Shown in pieces: positions 1-14,900 of a stretch of DNA of 64,000 nucleotides (position 1 is the first letter of the stretch; each line of letters opens with the position of its first letter). The position numbers and the translations under genes were made by a program. Under the pieces are notes generated by a model. It had not been told where the DNA came from. It did not search any database and worked only from the letters and a program-made list of their open reading frames with translations. Source of the DNA: Bugula neritina. Lineage: Eukaryota > Animalia > Bryozoa. The DNA lies in NCBI GenBank assembly GCA_964035545.1, contig OZ037768.1, positions 10,076,741 to 10,140,740 of the forward strand. Reading direction: 5' to 3'.

Positions 1-1289
1 TAATTTAACAGAATTAAATTATTGATAGCCATTAGAGCACCACAATTACTTATTAAAATATGTGATATAAAAACATTATTCATATTACATTACAATATTT
101 GGACGATTAATAGCAAATTTAATAGGTCACAATTATAATAATACAATGGCCAAGACCACTTAGAGCATAACACATAATGATCTCAAACTACATATGAAAA
201 CTGTCAAATTTCTTTAAATGTTGACATTGATTATTCAAAGACAAAAGAACATTTTCAGTAGGTTCCATTCTTATGGCAAAATACTGCTATTTGAATAATG
301 AATGGTAGCTAAAAATATTAGCCATAGCAACGCAAATAAGAATAAATTATATGAAGCTTTAAACATAATTAGTCAAACTCATTCAGTGTCACAGGTATGA
401 TAAGGTGTACCAGTTAGTGAACCTTCACACAAATATTGGAATTCAAAAGGTCAACATACATAAGTTATAATTTCAACATAAAATAAAAAAGCTAAGAGCT
501 AATGTTAAAAGCTCTCAAACATAAAGTAAAGCTCTAATTAAAAATAATGAAGAACTTTTACCATTTTTTTATACAATTATAACCAATAACAAAACTTAAA
601 ATTAACAAAACTAATATTGTTTATAAAGTCTGAGTCAGTTTCAAGGTGAAAGTCACAGGTAAGCTACTGAAGTTCAACAATAATATTCAATCCCATTGAC
701 TCAAAGTTACTGATCAGTTGAAGAAAATCAAACTGATTGCAGATTACCATGGGGTTATTCTACTAATAATATTGTAGTAACATTATTGTTAGTAGAATAG
801 TTATAACTATAAGTATATATCAAGCATTGTAATTATAAATACCAGGATCAAAGTTATTCCCTACCAGAAATAGTGATATTAATACTCTACTACTAATAGT
901 AATAGAATTTTAGTATTAATTTCAATTTATAAAATTTAAACTTGTTTAAACTTATTACTTATTAGTTTGACATATGTTCAACTTTTATTTATTGACTTAC
1001 ACTTAGATTCACTGTCACGCAAATGCATGATGATTCTGATTATTAAATTCAATATAACATCAATTTGTCTTGGACTTATCTGCAATCGCTTAGGCTTATA
1101 TTTCAAGTTCAACAAAATTATTATTAAAAATTCAAATGAAATTTAATTTTATTAGTTAAAATTCAAACGGAAAGCTTAAATTACATAAATTAGGATGATC
1201 TAAAAGTTTTGACTGCACTTCAACTTAAAACATGATTTAAATGAGTTATATTTACCACTTAACCTTAAGACTTTCCCCGAACTGTGAGT

Positions 1290-1770
1290 CTTATTTTTAG
1301 ACTTATGTCTTACAGCTACACTTACAGTTACTGATTATAATTACTCATATCTGATAAAGTAATTCCCTAATTACACTTACAGTATAAGTATAAGTAACAG
1401 TAACACTTACTCTTAGACTTTAGAGCTAGTTTTAGACTTAGTGCTAGGGTTACTCATAGTACACAGTACAGTCATAGCCTAAGCCAAACTCATTCTCAGT
1501 CTCACTATGACCACCATACTGATACTCTGATACTCATAGTTAAACTGAGTCATACTCAAAGTCACTATCATACTGATAGTGATACTAATAGTAATACTAA
1601 TAGACAATAGTAATACTCATAGTCATACTGATACTGCCACTAAATCTAATAACATTATTAATAGGCTAGCAGTATCACTATTATCACTACCAATAGTATT
1701 ACTATTAGTATTAGTAATACTTATGGTTACACCAATACTAATACTGTAATAGTAATTAAATATCAATAAG
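1290..1770. repeat. Cryptic 6-bp-periodic low-complexity tract (NANANT-type: CATACT GATACT CATAGT AATAGT...)
   Basis: Degenerate hexamer periodicity is visible directly; there is no exact long unit. Confidence 0.7.
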
Positions 1771-2937
1771 AATAATTAGAATGAAATTCAAATTGAATAA
1801 TGAAATGTTTATTAAATTATTTCAGTAAACTTTGAAGTTTGAGATATTAAAAAGAAATTAATATAGTAACAATACTGGAAAATTAGCTTCGCTTTAATAT
1901 AAATCAAAACTTACTTATTGGAAAATTATGAAATAGATGATTTTTACGATAAAATGCTTTGTAAGAAATTCTGCTACAAATTCATATTCATGCTTATTAA
2001 TTTTACGTTCATGTTGTTCCTTGCTTTTCACCCTTCAGTGAAATTCTTAGTTGACGCGCAACAGGAAATTGTGACGCTTCTTTGTAATTGGTATAAAACG
2101 ACTGAGATCCAAACAATCTTGCACATATAAGCTGTGTATAATAGCGTTTATTGGTTAATGTCTCTTGAAACAGCCAACAGCAGCAAATCAAAGGCCATTC
2201 GATAGCAAACCACCTGAATTATAAGTTATCTTCTCTATAGCATGCCATTTCCCGCATAAGACAATTTTACGCACAGACGTACTAACTAAAATATTACAAT
2301 GTTTGGTGATTTGTAGATATTACAAATTAATCTAACTTAAAATTCAATACTCTAAGATATACTGAGTAGTTTTAAAGAGGTTTCTAAAAACCGCAATTAC
2401 TGTAAAAAAATTCCTAAATACATTGTACGCACGATTTAGAGTGGGATAACTCTACGATAACCATTATACCATTAAGCTTCGGTTCATTAGATTATACTCG
2501 TTTCGTAGCCTGATAATTGCAATATTTACTACATATCAAAGGAGTTTTTTTACTCTATATTGCTGCGTTCCAGATGTATTTTAAAATGGAAACTATATGT
2601 AAACAAATAGTAAACGATTGTTACTACATAACATGGCCCTACTAGTACTAGTACTAATGTTGACTTTGATATAATTAATACTCGGTATTTGAGCTCATAC
2701 TTTTAATTTTTCAAGTATTTAAGTAAGTAGTCAGTCAACTTTTGTAATTTCTACTCATTATCGTTGTTTTATTCATTTTGTGTATTATAATACTAATACT
2801 AATAGTAATAGTAATACTAATAGCCAATAGGTTTTAGTATTAGTACTGTAAGTGTGTTGGTATTACTATTAGTATTTTTTTAATTCGTATGCTTTAAATT
2901 GCTTACTCTTTAAATTAAATTGGCAATTAGATTAACA

Positions 2938-5900
2938 ATGGATGTTGCCATTGTTACTCCTGCCATCAAACAACTTTTAATTGGGGCTGGAAAATTCATC
3001 CAAGATGCTGCTACATTTGAGCAAGCAGAAGAAAGAATCATGAATTTGGAAGAGAGTGATGATCAGTTTCATAAGTATGTAGTGACTGCTTTTAGTTTTT
3101 AATACTACTAACATTCTCCACACACTGATGCTACATCATCTTTTATATGGCAAGCAAAATGCTTTTATAGATCTGCCATATTTGTTTCAAATCATCATCC
3201 ATAAAAAAAGTTTTGATGCGTAACTGAACCTTATTGTAGGTATGAGTTAGTAAAGTTTGTAAAAGCTGAAATTGAAGAGTGTGTGGGGCCTATTGTCGAT
3301 GAAGAGATCGAGCGGTATAATGACAGTACTTACCAGAACTTTTCAGATACTGACACGCTAGTCACGAGGATTACTGACAAAGTCACCTCTTCACAACAGT
3401 AAGTGTTCTCTATGATACACAAAGACTACTGTGTGGGCTATTTGTGTACAATATGCATTGTTTGATATTTACTTTTAGCAATTGTTTTGCTAAATTGTTG
3501 TTTTCTACTGGCATACATTTTACACATACTTCGGGATTTTTGGAACAAGTGAAAAATATCCGCAAACATGTTGTGAAAGTCTCCAGGTTTTTTAATAGAA
3601 AACAGTGCTGATGTTTTTTTAAAATACTGCAAACTATTCTCAAGATTTATACACCATTTTATGTAGATTTGTTGCTCTGAAAGAGGACATTAGCAAGGCT
3701 GTACATGATTCAGTTGAACGGCTGGTAGAAAACTTTGAAGATGAGTTTCGTCTAGTCGACAAAGATGACCCACCTCTGACCCCAAAACAGCGTGACCCTT
3801 GCCAGTTGAGGTTAGGGAAACAAATTTCTATTTATTTCACAGTTTTATTGCAGTATTTTGTCAACCGTGCAAAATTTAGGAGTTTAAAAGATGTGAGGAG
3901 AAAACAAACTATGAGAGAGACATAATGATCAAGTTTATCCTACTATTTGTTTGTTACTAGAAATAATATTTACTGAATATTGCTGTTTGATGAAAAATGA
4001 TTTGTTTGTTCTCACTAGAAATTTAGTAGTTTAATCTCCATTCTGATCACTAGTCGTAAACATGAATATATGGCATATGGTTGTAGTGATGAGGAATCAA
4101 TGTGGAGCAGTTCATACAATCATGAGAGATTCTTGTTTGTGACAATTGAGCAGGTGAAGAAAAATATTGAACATCTCGACAAAAAGAATAACATACAGGT
4201 ATGGCCATCTTGAAAAGTAGTGGGTTTGTTTCAAATATTCTTTAATATGTAACCTTGCTAAAAGTTGGACAAAGGTTGTGACTACAAATATCAGATAGTA
4301 ATTATTTCAATTTTAGTTTTTTAAAAATGTACATGTTAATGTCTAAGTTTTTATCTTTTATAAATACTAATCAATTCAATTTTGCAATAAATTTACTAGT
4401 TAAATTTTTTTTAAATTGTAGCCTATGTGAGACAGTTAAATACTGAGATTTTTTATCTGTATTATATTATTTTCTTTTGTGATATTCTGATTAGCACCAT
4501 TTAGATAATGTTTGTGCTTCCAATATTATTAGACCAGGTTGGCAGCTATAAAGGACTTGCTGCAAGTCACGTTACATGAAGTGCTCACCAGTGATGAAAG
4601 TCATCAGAGAGAATGGGCACGCCTCGAGAGAGTCATAGTTGATGCACTTAGTGATCAAACAGAACCACTTTTACAGGTTGTTACAAGGCTTGCTAGCTGT
4701 ATACCTGTATTGTAATACACAGTATAGATAATTGGCAGTCCTGCTTAGCAGTGATTCGATATTTCAATGGTTGCAACTCTTATTCTAACATATTTGTTTT
4801 GTAACTTACTATGCTATGCTACGCTAAGGTTATTTTCAAGCAGTTTTTTATTACTAAAATTTAATTTTTTAACATATTACTATGATATAAAATTACATTA
4901 TTATACCCTCTTTGTTTTTTATACATGAAGATATTTGTATAGAAAAGTATTATTGACCATTATAATATTAGAAATTGATATAATATCATCAGTTCAAATT
5001 TATATGTGAGCAAAAGTTTGCTTTTTGTATCTTACAAATTGCAAGTTTTTTATGTGATAATTTTATTGTTCAACTGTATGCTTGCTATTTTGAAATCCTC
5101 TTTTAAAATTTATTTTGCTGAACTTGTTTTTAGAAAAAAGCTTTGTCATTCATCAGCAGAGGCTTTGCGTCAAGTCATGGGAATTCTAATGAGCTCTACA
5201 GCATTCTGATTACATTTCTCTATGAATACTTCACCAACAAAAAACAGCCAAGTATGAAAGTTAAGAATGGACTGGATACTACAAAGCCAGACTTCAACAT
5301 TCTCCTGCTTGCCGTAGGTTTAGATTAACTTTGCTGAAATACTATTTTGTGTGTCTTTCATCAGGTATTATTCTTTGTTTTTGTTAAGTAACTGTGTCTA
5401 TAGCCAATACTTCTCTTAACAGTTTCGACTAATGAATGACTTTCAAAAGATTGTGCCTAACTACTGGGTTCGATACCCAGCTAGGTTTTTAAATGATGTG
5501 ATGGAAAAGACAATTAGTTTGATGGCGATAAGTGGAGAAGCCGGAATGTCTGTACAACCATCCATGCATGCAACTCCTACACATTTCTTAGCACTCCTTG
5601 ACCCAAAAGCCGAATGGTTTATGAGATGGACAGTGAGTAGTATATGATTAGTGTAGCTTTAATTTTTTATTTCAATTTAATTCATCACATATTGTCTCAG
5701 TTCTTATACAAAGATATGGCTGGCATATTTTTATTGGGTCAACAATGGTGACAACGATTGCCAACTGAAAGTTATACAGGTTGAAATAAATACATTAGTG
5801 TTTATTAGTATTAGTATTAATCAACCAGCTAATAAAATACAGTTACTAATTTGTATTTGGTTAGCTGGTTCGTTTAGAAGTCAAATCATAATTCAAAACT

Positions 5901-8900
5901 GAATAACCAGACAAACTGCATTTTAAACACATGTTTGTTACAGCATGGCTGCTTCAGTCGTTTGCCTATATTCACTGTTATGAAGAAGCAAAAGGCCTTC
6001 TTGGAGAACCTAGTAAAGAGTATATTGGAGTTTGTGGCTTCTCGTAGAGTACCTTTTGACTTGGTTAGTGAGGCGTCTGAGAGTTTAGCTAGCCACAGAG
6101 GTACTGTAGGTAAGGCTAACCTAGTTGCTAATTGACTATTTTCTACGTTTACAACTTACTCTGTGTTCTCATTATTTTCCTGTCTCTTTGAACATTACTT
6201 TGCATGATTCTATAACCAGTATTGCATTACTAGGGTCACATCAACAGAGGTTCACATATAGCGGAGAGGAACTGGAATACATTTACTTTGTGCATGCTAT
6301 TAGCATAGTAGGACGAATACTCATGTATAAACAGGGTTTCCAGCTTTTCCCTCTCAAGGTGAAAGGTTATGAAGGTAAAAGATGTGATTAAAATTCATTT
6401 AAACTATATTACCTGTTAATAGGCATTTAAAAGTTCAAAGATTAATTTGATCTTCAAATGTAATTGTATTGAATTTTCAAATCATGTTTGATCATTAATG
6501 TAACTGTTGCTGTATTTAATTTAGCCTTTTCAATTATATATTATTTCATGACAATCAACATTTTCTGCAGGGGAGATAACCATTACAAAGCTCATCTGCA
6601 GTATATGTCAACTGGTCACCAATCCTGCCGGTCATGGTCTGCCCATGAGAAACATAACAGCAGTTTATGAACCGTCAATGTTAGCCACTGATGTTTTAAA
6701 GAAACTAAGCACATCTGAGTCTACATACCAAGCGTGTCTGTGCAGAGATCAAGTTACCAGTACATTGCTGCAGCCTATACTACACTGGCTTGACAGCAGC
6801 ATACCGGTCAGTGGTTTTCATACTTACACCTTTTTTCTATAATTTTAATAAATACATCATGTAACATTATTATTTTTTCATTTTATTCTTCATGCATGTA
6901 TGGGAAAAGAAACTGGAATTTATAAATAATAAAATTGTAGTTACAGCATTTGTTTGTTTACTCATATTTGCTTTGGATTTTCAGGATGGCACGCTAGCAA
7001 GTGATGCTACATTGTTAAATGTAGCTGATATTCTCTCGATCATGGCGACTAGAAGTGCGGGACGTAGACACATTTTGTACGGGGAAGGTGGGGACACATT
7101 CTCCAGGTCCAGGTAGGCATTCTAGACTGTTGCTAATAACTTTGAATATACTGCGGATACAGTTCTTCCAATATAAGCTGCATGCATAGCATCTTCTTAA
7201 CTCGTTTACAATTTTTAAACATATGTAAAAATTTCAACATTTATATCAAAATAACAAGTTGCCAAAGTTATACACATAGATTCACAGTCAGGCATTCATA
7301 TATAGTTTATATCGAAAGTATATTAGTTAATAAAAAGTTGAGTGAGTTGAATTATAAAATATTTTGAAAATCTTGATACATTTTTGGTCAACTTTATTTT
7401 AATTATTATTTTCAATTGCTCATCTTACGATTTCACAGTTTTATGAACCAAAGGTATGATGCAATATCTCTGTTTAACCATTAATGCGGACTGTGTTATA
7501 CTTGGTATTGTATATATATGCATGTGGGAGTGCAATCGCATGTTTCTGTTCTTGACAGAATCCTTATTGTAAAACATTTTGTAAATGATTTGATTTAGGT
7601 CAATTCGATGTCAATACTTAAAAAAGATCTTTTATGTATAGTAGGCAGTGTTATCAGTTTTACTCATTATTTTTAAAAGAGAGCATTTAAAAGCCTTTTT
7701 GTGTTTTACTCCTTTGAATTTGTCTACATATACAACAAAAAATATAAATGTAATTGTTTCATTTGGGATGACTGTTGCTCACTGGTTTATAAACACAGTA
7801 TCTTGTTACATAATGAAACTTTTTCATAGAATATAAAAAATAGAAACTTCTGAATTTAGTGAACATTTACATTCTTAATACTATTGTGTTAAATTAAGGG
7901 AATAGTGTCAAAGGATGAGTGTATGAGTGCACCCCCATGTATTTCTACTCTCTGGATATGCATGGTACTTTTCCACAATACTTCTTCATATATATGCTGT
8001 CTAGCTTTGCCCATGTGTGTATTTGTATACAGTGCATTATATAAACCATTTACTGGGTTTCACTAGTGTAATAATTATGCACCTATTGTCTAAAGTCTAA
8101 ACAAAAATGGATACTTTCTCATTAATATTATAATATTATATCTGGAATATTTGTCAATCATAATTTAACCGATTCAAATTTATTGATTATTTTAAACTCA
8201 TAAATTGAGTTTGGGATTAATTTTCTAAACTCTATTGAACTTAAGCCAAGTTGCAATCATGTTATATAGTATAAGTAAGTGTAAGTTGCAAGTTGCCAAA
8301 TAAATTTGGGTAAGGGATGTATGATACATAATAATGTAATATGCTACAGTTGTGTGCATGCAACTGTTTCAGTTCATCTCCAGTGTCTATGACAATTGAT
8401 GTGTAAGTAAGCTTACAACTGTATTTGGTTATATTTACATGTGCATACAGCTGAAAGTAATTCTTTCTTTCTGCTAATTTGCTTTTTCTGTTGATTTCTT
8501 CATTTCTGCTGCAGTTGATTATAAAAAGTGTTTAGAGTTTAGTATACACACTATATCTTTAAAAATGTGTTCAACACAAAACATTCACTAATCTAGAAAC
8601 TAAAACTTAGTTGTATGTTCTGTCACTTTATACAACAGGATGTTTGCTAACACTAGAATTAATCTGGTTTCTGTTTAGATAGTAAGTCGGACTATAAGAT
8701 ATGCTCTGAAAGCCCATTGTCACTGTTTTGTGTCGTGTAGTTATTTTCTGACTCATGCTTCAGTCAAGATGTTTTCTGTTTTCTCTCGTTTGATTTCATT
8801 TTCTGTCTTTCAACTATATTTTCAATAAAATAGGCCTACTCGAAAAATTAAAGAGTAGTTTATATCTTATTCTAAATGCATACAATGTTGTGATGATAGA

Positions 8901-11900
8901 TAGTACTTATATTATACTATAAATGTTTTCTATGTAGCATGTAACAGTATTTTGCAACAGTTTTTTAAATGTATAATTTAATTTGATTTTGAAGATCTTC
9001 ACCTGCCCACTGCTTGACGGAGTTTTGTAAAAAGGCATTGAATAAAAGTTTGCCTGCAGTGCATGGTCAAGTGCCGAGACTAGTTGCGGGGTCATATCTA
9101 TTCCTCTGCCGTCACCTGTACAATAATGGTGAAGGTCTACAGGCTATTTATAGTTGTGATTTACACTCTATTCTCGGACAAGTCTGGAACTCGGTACGCA
9201 GTGTATAGTATGGTTTTGATAACAGCTTTTTATTTAAAACTTATGACTATAATCATGAAATTCTGCCAGATAATTTGTGAATAAAAAATTTAATCAATTT
9301 TCACTTTTATTGTTTTTATGTAAGCTTCTGAAGTTAGAGTTGTCTGCACATTACTCTACACATTTAGGCATTACTATAAAGTTTTCACTCTCTAGGGTCA
9401 TGTGATATTCATTTAAATTAGAAATACATGAGCAAATAAAAGGCAACTCGAGCTGCTCGGCTCAACATTGAACTTACAGTAAACTAGTAAACTGAGTGAA
9501 TGTCTGTTTGTAGGCTTCTAAAGCTGTAAGTACCATCAGTAAAGGAAAGTTGAGTAAGCAAGAAGAAGACAAGTGAGTTATCTATGTGATGTTATTTTAT
9601 ATATGTATTTGATATATATATTTTATTTATTTGTTTTGTATTTCTGTTTAGGTCATTTAATTAGTAGAATAACCAGATTCCTTTTTATTTTTTTATGATT
9701 TTTTGTTGAAGTGTTGCTTGGGAAGAAAGGCTGAAGGATAATCTGCTTAATTTTGCTGCTACACCTAAAGGTGTGCTGTTGATGCAGCAGGCCAACGCGA
9801 TGCAGGCATGTGTTGGTTACATGTGCGTTAGACACCAGAGGAAACAGCAAGTTAGCAGTCTAGAAAAGTTTGGCTATGGCACTATTATATCACAGATAGC
9901 TTCAACTCCGTGTGGCATCCTAGAAATGAAAAAACAAGGTTCGCTTTTAATGTTAATTTTAAAATTGTTTAATTTTTAGTACTGATATTTTGAAATGAAA
10001 CTGTACAATATATTAATGTATTCGTATTTAACAAACAGTATATATGTGTAGGCCTGGTGAGTGCTCTGTGTCAAGATGCATGGAATTCTCTAGAACCCGG
10101 AGAAGAGTTTGAAATACCATTCAGACCTATGATATGGTCAGTTGATGCCATAGACAAATCAACTCTTAAGGTACTGCTGAAATATATTCTAAACTCTTAA
10201 GGTACTGCTGAAATATATTCTAAACTCTTAAGGTACTGCTGAAATATATTCTAAACTCTTAAGGTACTGCTGAAATATATTCTAATCATTTTTTTCATTA
10301 GCCAAAAATTATTATATTTAGGATATTTCTTTCGACAATATTTTTAAAGAATTTGATATGTTCAGTCAATTTCTGTCTCAACTCAGCCCATCTCTTCTGC
10401 TAGCACTATATTTATCATGGTTGTTTGCCTTAACTTCAGCTCACTGATTCCTGCTATGTCCAGCTCTAAAGACTTCTATTCTACTGACATTGGTGCTGAT
10501 AAATTGAATATTTTAAATGTAATTAACAATTAACATCTGAATATTTCAGCCACTGGTGAACTTGCTGCATATCTTCTCCAACTTTACTTCTGTGTTTGAG
10601 TTAATTGGAGGAGAGAAATTGCCTGTTGGTGTTAAGTATAGCTTCAGAGATAAAGTCTCTTCTCTGGTTGTAAGTATGAATTGGTGTTCATTGCATCTGG
10701 TGCCACATCAATCATATTTTTAAATTTGTAAGCATAGCATAGTTGCATAAGTATGGCTATTGCAAGGATAAGTGCAGTTGTTCAACCTATAGATGCATCA
10801 TAGAAATAAAGCATATTTGAGATATGCCAGTGTAGTGTATCAATGAGAATGTAGATAGAAATGTAAACTTCATAGCACTTTACCTTGACCTTGCTACTAG
10901 CATGAGTAATATAATGAGTAGAGTATGAGAAAGGGAGATAACCTTGATTACCTGCTCAAGGTTTTAGCACTCTAAACACACTGTGTTATTTTAGGATTTG
11001 ATTGATAGAGTTGTTATGCTCAATGCAGCTAAAGATGAGTCAAAAATTCACTTCCTGTTTAACTACGAGCAGTCACACGTGTTTGGTTTGAGACTTCTCA
11101 ATTCCTTGATTTGCTGCCTGGACACGTTACTGCTGATGGACAGTCAGTTTAGCGTCGTGTCAACTCTGATCAGCAGTCAAACTGCAGAAGACATATCTAG
11201 CAGGTAGAAAGTGTACTCTATTATGTGGCTATAGATGGAGTTTATGTATAACAGCCATTGTGTGTAATATAAATACTTCATGGACGTTTTAGTGGCACTA
11301 TCATCATTGATTCTTTGAGTATGGAGAGAAACCATGTACTGGCAAGAGCTTTGTTGATTGGTGGTCCATCAGAAAGGGTTCTGCCACAGCAAACGTTAAC
11401 TGATGTAAGTTTTTGGATATAAGTGTTTCAAAGTTGTTTGCTACCAAATATGTTATGTAGAAATGTTATACACTGCGTTGCCATTGCTTCGTTGCCATTG
11501 CTTCAGGTTATGGTTGTGGTTTCATTCGATGCAAACGCTTTCAAACATTAAATGAAAAATTTATTTCATAATTCGAAGTTTGGAAACGTAGTGATGGTGC
11601 AGAACACAATACACAATATTTTATTGGAATTGGGAAATATGTAATGTATGCTTAATCAAATTTTAAATATATAAATACAATTTCATGCTAAACTCTCACT
11701 TCCAGAGCCAAGTTCATGCACCGAATCTCCCTCTTATTACATCAACAACATTGTCCAAAGAATACATTCCAAATATAGTTGGGAAATCATCAATTAAACA
11801 AGGTAATTTAGTTTTGATTATAAGTTGTATATTTTGTTTTTATACGTGGATATTGACTATACTGGACATTTAAACTCTATCAACACTTGTTTGTATTGCT

Positions 11901-14900
11901 AGATTTTTTACACATGCTACAAACGATTGTGATTAAATCACTGACTAAGTGGTGTAAATCTCGGAAGATTCTCAAAGATATAGATTTGATTCATTGATTA
12001 TTTGTGTTATAATGCAGTCCGTGGAAAAGGTTCGGGTAAGGCTCAGTATATATAACTTTGTTTGAAGTTGAGTTGGGGTACTGTTTAACATTTGTGACTT
12101 GGTAATCTAACAACTGCAACAACTTTGGCATATCAGAGGCTTGTTCGCAGGCACAAATGATCTATTACCAAATAAAACTACCGCTAACTCACTCATCAAC
12201 TAATATTATATAACAATGTTTCACCGTTAATTTAGCTTTGCTGGGGTTGTGTTTCCATGTACTATATGCATTTATCTGAAGAATTTCTAGCATTTCAAGT
12301 ATTGGTTACATCTTCACCCTGTGGTACCTCTTTCAGAGTGAGACTTTGTAAGATTTTGTAAAATGATACTGAAGAGTTCTGTTCTAATTTCATCACCAAC
12401 CTAATATAAAAACATGTATCGTGATAAAGTTCTACAGAAACAGTTTATTTGTGTGAACAAGTCACGGTGTGCTAACACATTTAATATAAGCTATCGTGTT
12501 GCTAACAGATGAATATATTGTTCTGCTTTCTCTCCTACTGTTACTGCTTTTTTCATACTCTGTGTTAGTTGAATCAGCTCTGCTATGTAACATAACTTTC
12601 TATGTGAAATTGAAACATGTTGTTAATTTTTATTCACACACATCAACTTAACGTAATTATCATGTATCTCAAATCCTTTGAATCAAAATTTTGTTTATAT
12701 TAAGCACTATATATCGTTTTATTTAATTAGCTGACTATTTTTCTAATAAAAATATTTGAATCATAGTGTTAATACAATACCTTATCAACTATTTATACCT
12801 TGTTGCTAATAATTAAACACAGAATGATTTTATAATAAAATGATATGAATTTGAATATATAATAAATTTGATCTTTGTAGAAACAGAAATAAGTAAATTT
12901 CTCTCTGAAAGCAAATCTTCAAAGCTTGATGCTTCTTGGCTGGAAAAATGTAAAACTGCTTTTTGTAAATCTACAGATGGAAAGCTGGATCCTATTAAAG
13001 GAAATGGTATGAAAATTATTGTATATTTACCACTCAATTTTTTGTTTCCATTTATAATAGTAGCTGCCTGTTACTTACTTGACGCTGAACCTTCTATTTT
13101 TAGTGATACAAGATGTTCTGGAAAAGACGGTTGTTGCCATGTCTAGCATAAAATCAGAAGCCCTATTTCTAGACTCAGTTTCAGGTGCTATTATATCACT
13201 GTTAAATAAATAAATTGACAATCATGTCAACTTTTAATTAAAATTCTATTTGGAACTTTTTTCATTACTTCTCATAATAATTTGCTAAGATAAACTTTCA
13301 CTTGTTCAGTTTTTAATGCTTATTATGTATTCTGTATAGATTCAGAGACCAGTTTCAAGTCATTCAAGTTAACGACACTGCAAGAGTTGGGTGTTACTAA
13401 GGCTGTACAATATGGTGTTCACCTTAAACTCCTTACATCTACTCATGACTCACAAGAGAATCTTACCAAGCTACTTAAACATGCCGGTTTCTACTTGAAA
13501 CAGCAGCAAAGACAGGTTAGTTCTTAGGTCAGCCTCCCTGTTAGCTTTTACTTCTCTTTACCATTGTTTTTCTGTGACAGAAATAATGATATTAGTAAGT
13601 ATAGATGGCTAAACTCCTCTATTGTAATAACATATACTGAGCAGAAGTAAGGAAAGAAAATTTTTATTGTGTACTATTGCATATACTTAGTGATGTTAAT
13701 TACATTTGCGATTCCTAGATTACAGTTCTACCTGTACAAATTCTCATCATATAGCTGAAATATTTTCAAAACCCATTTTAATTTTGAGCATTTTCTTAAA
13801 GTTATGAAAATTCGTGTTCGATATTTTTTTAAAAAATCTTTTCGTACTCAAGCTTGTTTTTTGTTTGAGAACACCAAAAGTTTTTTGAAAAAAAAAACAA
13901 AGTAAACTTTTTAAAAATTATTTTGATGGTTTTTAATACGTTTACTCAACGTGATAATAATAGTGATGATAATTAGCATCTAATTTTCATATTTTATTGA
14001 ATGTGCATAAAAGTTGCAAAGCTGTATAAAAAGAAGCATAAGTTAGCTTTGCAATAAAATGGAAATGTCAATAAAAGAGCAAATGTCACTTTGTGCATAT
14101 TCATTGAGAAATATCCACCGGAGTTGTTGTTTTACCAGGTTGGGAGTCATTTACAATCACTCAACTCAAACTATGTTGGGTTTGACTGGTTTGCTGCCAC
14201 TATATTCCTCATCATGAGAGGCAGCTATGAGCGTTCGTGGAAGCTGCTACAATCATATGCCACTCTGTCAGCGTCAGCGTACATGTGGGCACCGAGGATG
14301 CACAGATCTATTCACTTGCCTGCCAACCTGGCGTCTAGTAGCATTCCACCTCTGCTCTTCTCTTCTTGTCACAATATAGAGTTGTTGATGCAAGTAGAGC
14401 TGCCATTGGTCTATTCAGCTTTTAGAATGTCTGGCTTCACTGCTTCTCAGGTAAAACAACTAGCTATGCTTTTATAAATGCAGGTTTAAAATAATTGTTC
14501 TTCTGTTAGTGCTGCAAATATCAGTCACTAAAGCTGCAACAATGAGTTAAATTTCAGCTGGGATAGTTTTAATTTTTAATTAACATTATGGAACAAACTT
14601 TTTGATATTTTCATGTAATTTGAATTTTGTGGATCCTAGGTGTTGAATTATTTTAATTTAAATATATATTGGGAAATTGTTGGTTCACAAGACATATATG
14701 CAGTTAGCAATACAATTATTTGACATGTATCTGCAATATTTGTTAGTTTATTTAGCAAAATATTATGTTGTTCCAAATAATTAGTCATTATTTTTGTCTG
14801 GCCAATAGAATATTGTCTATTAATTGTTGCTGCAGACCACAAAAAAAAATTAATTGGTAGCTTTTATTGACGTTTCTTCTCAATAAAAATAAGCTATATC

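Noticed and set aside
1900-2250. Divergent minus-strand gene upstream of BROMI
   Set aside because: CpG-retaining and promoter-like with possible splice sites, but no recognisable coding exon in 1-2250.
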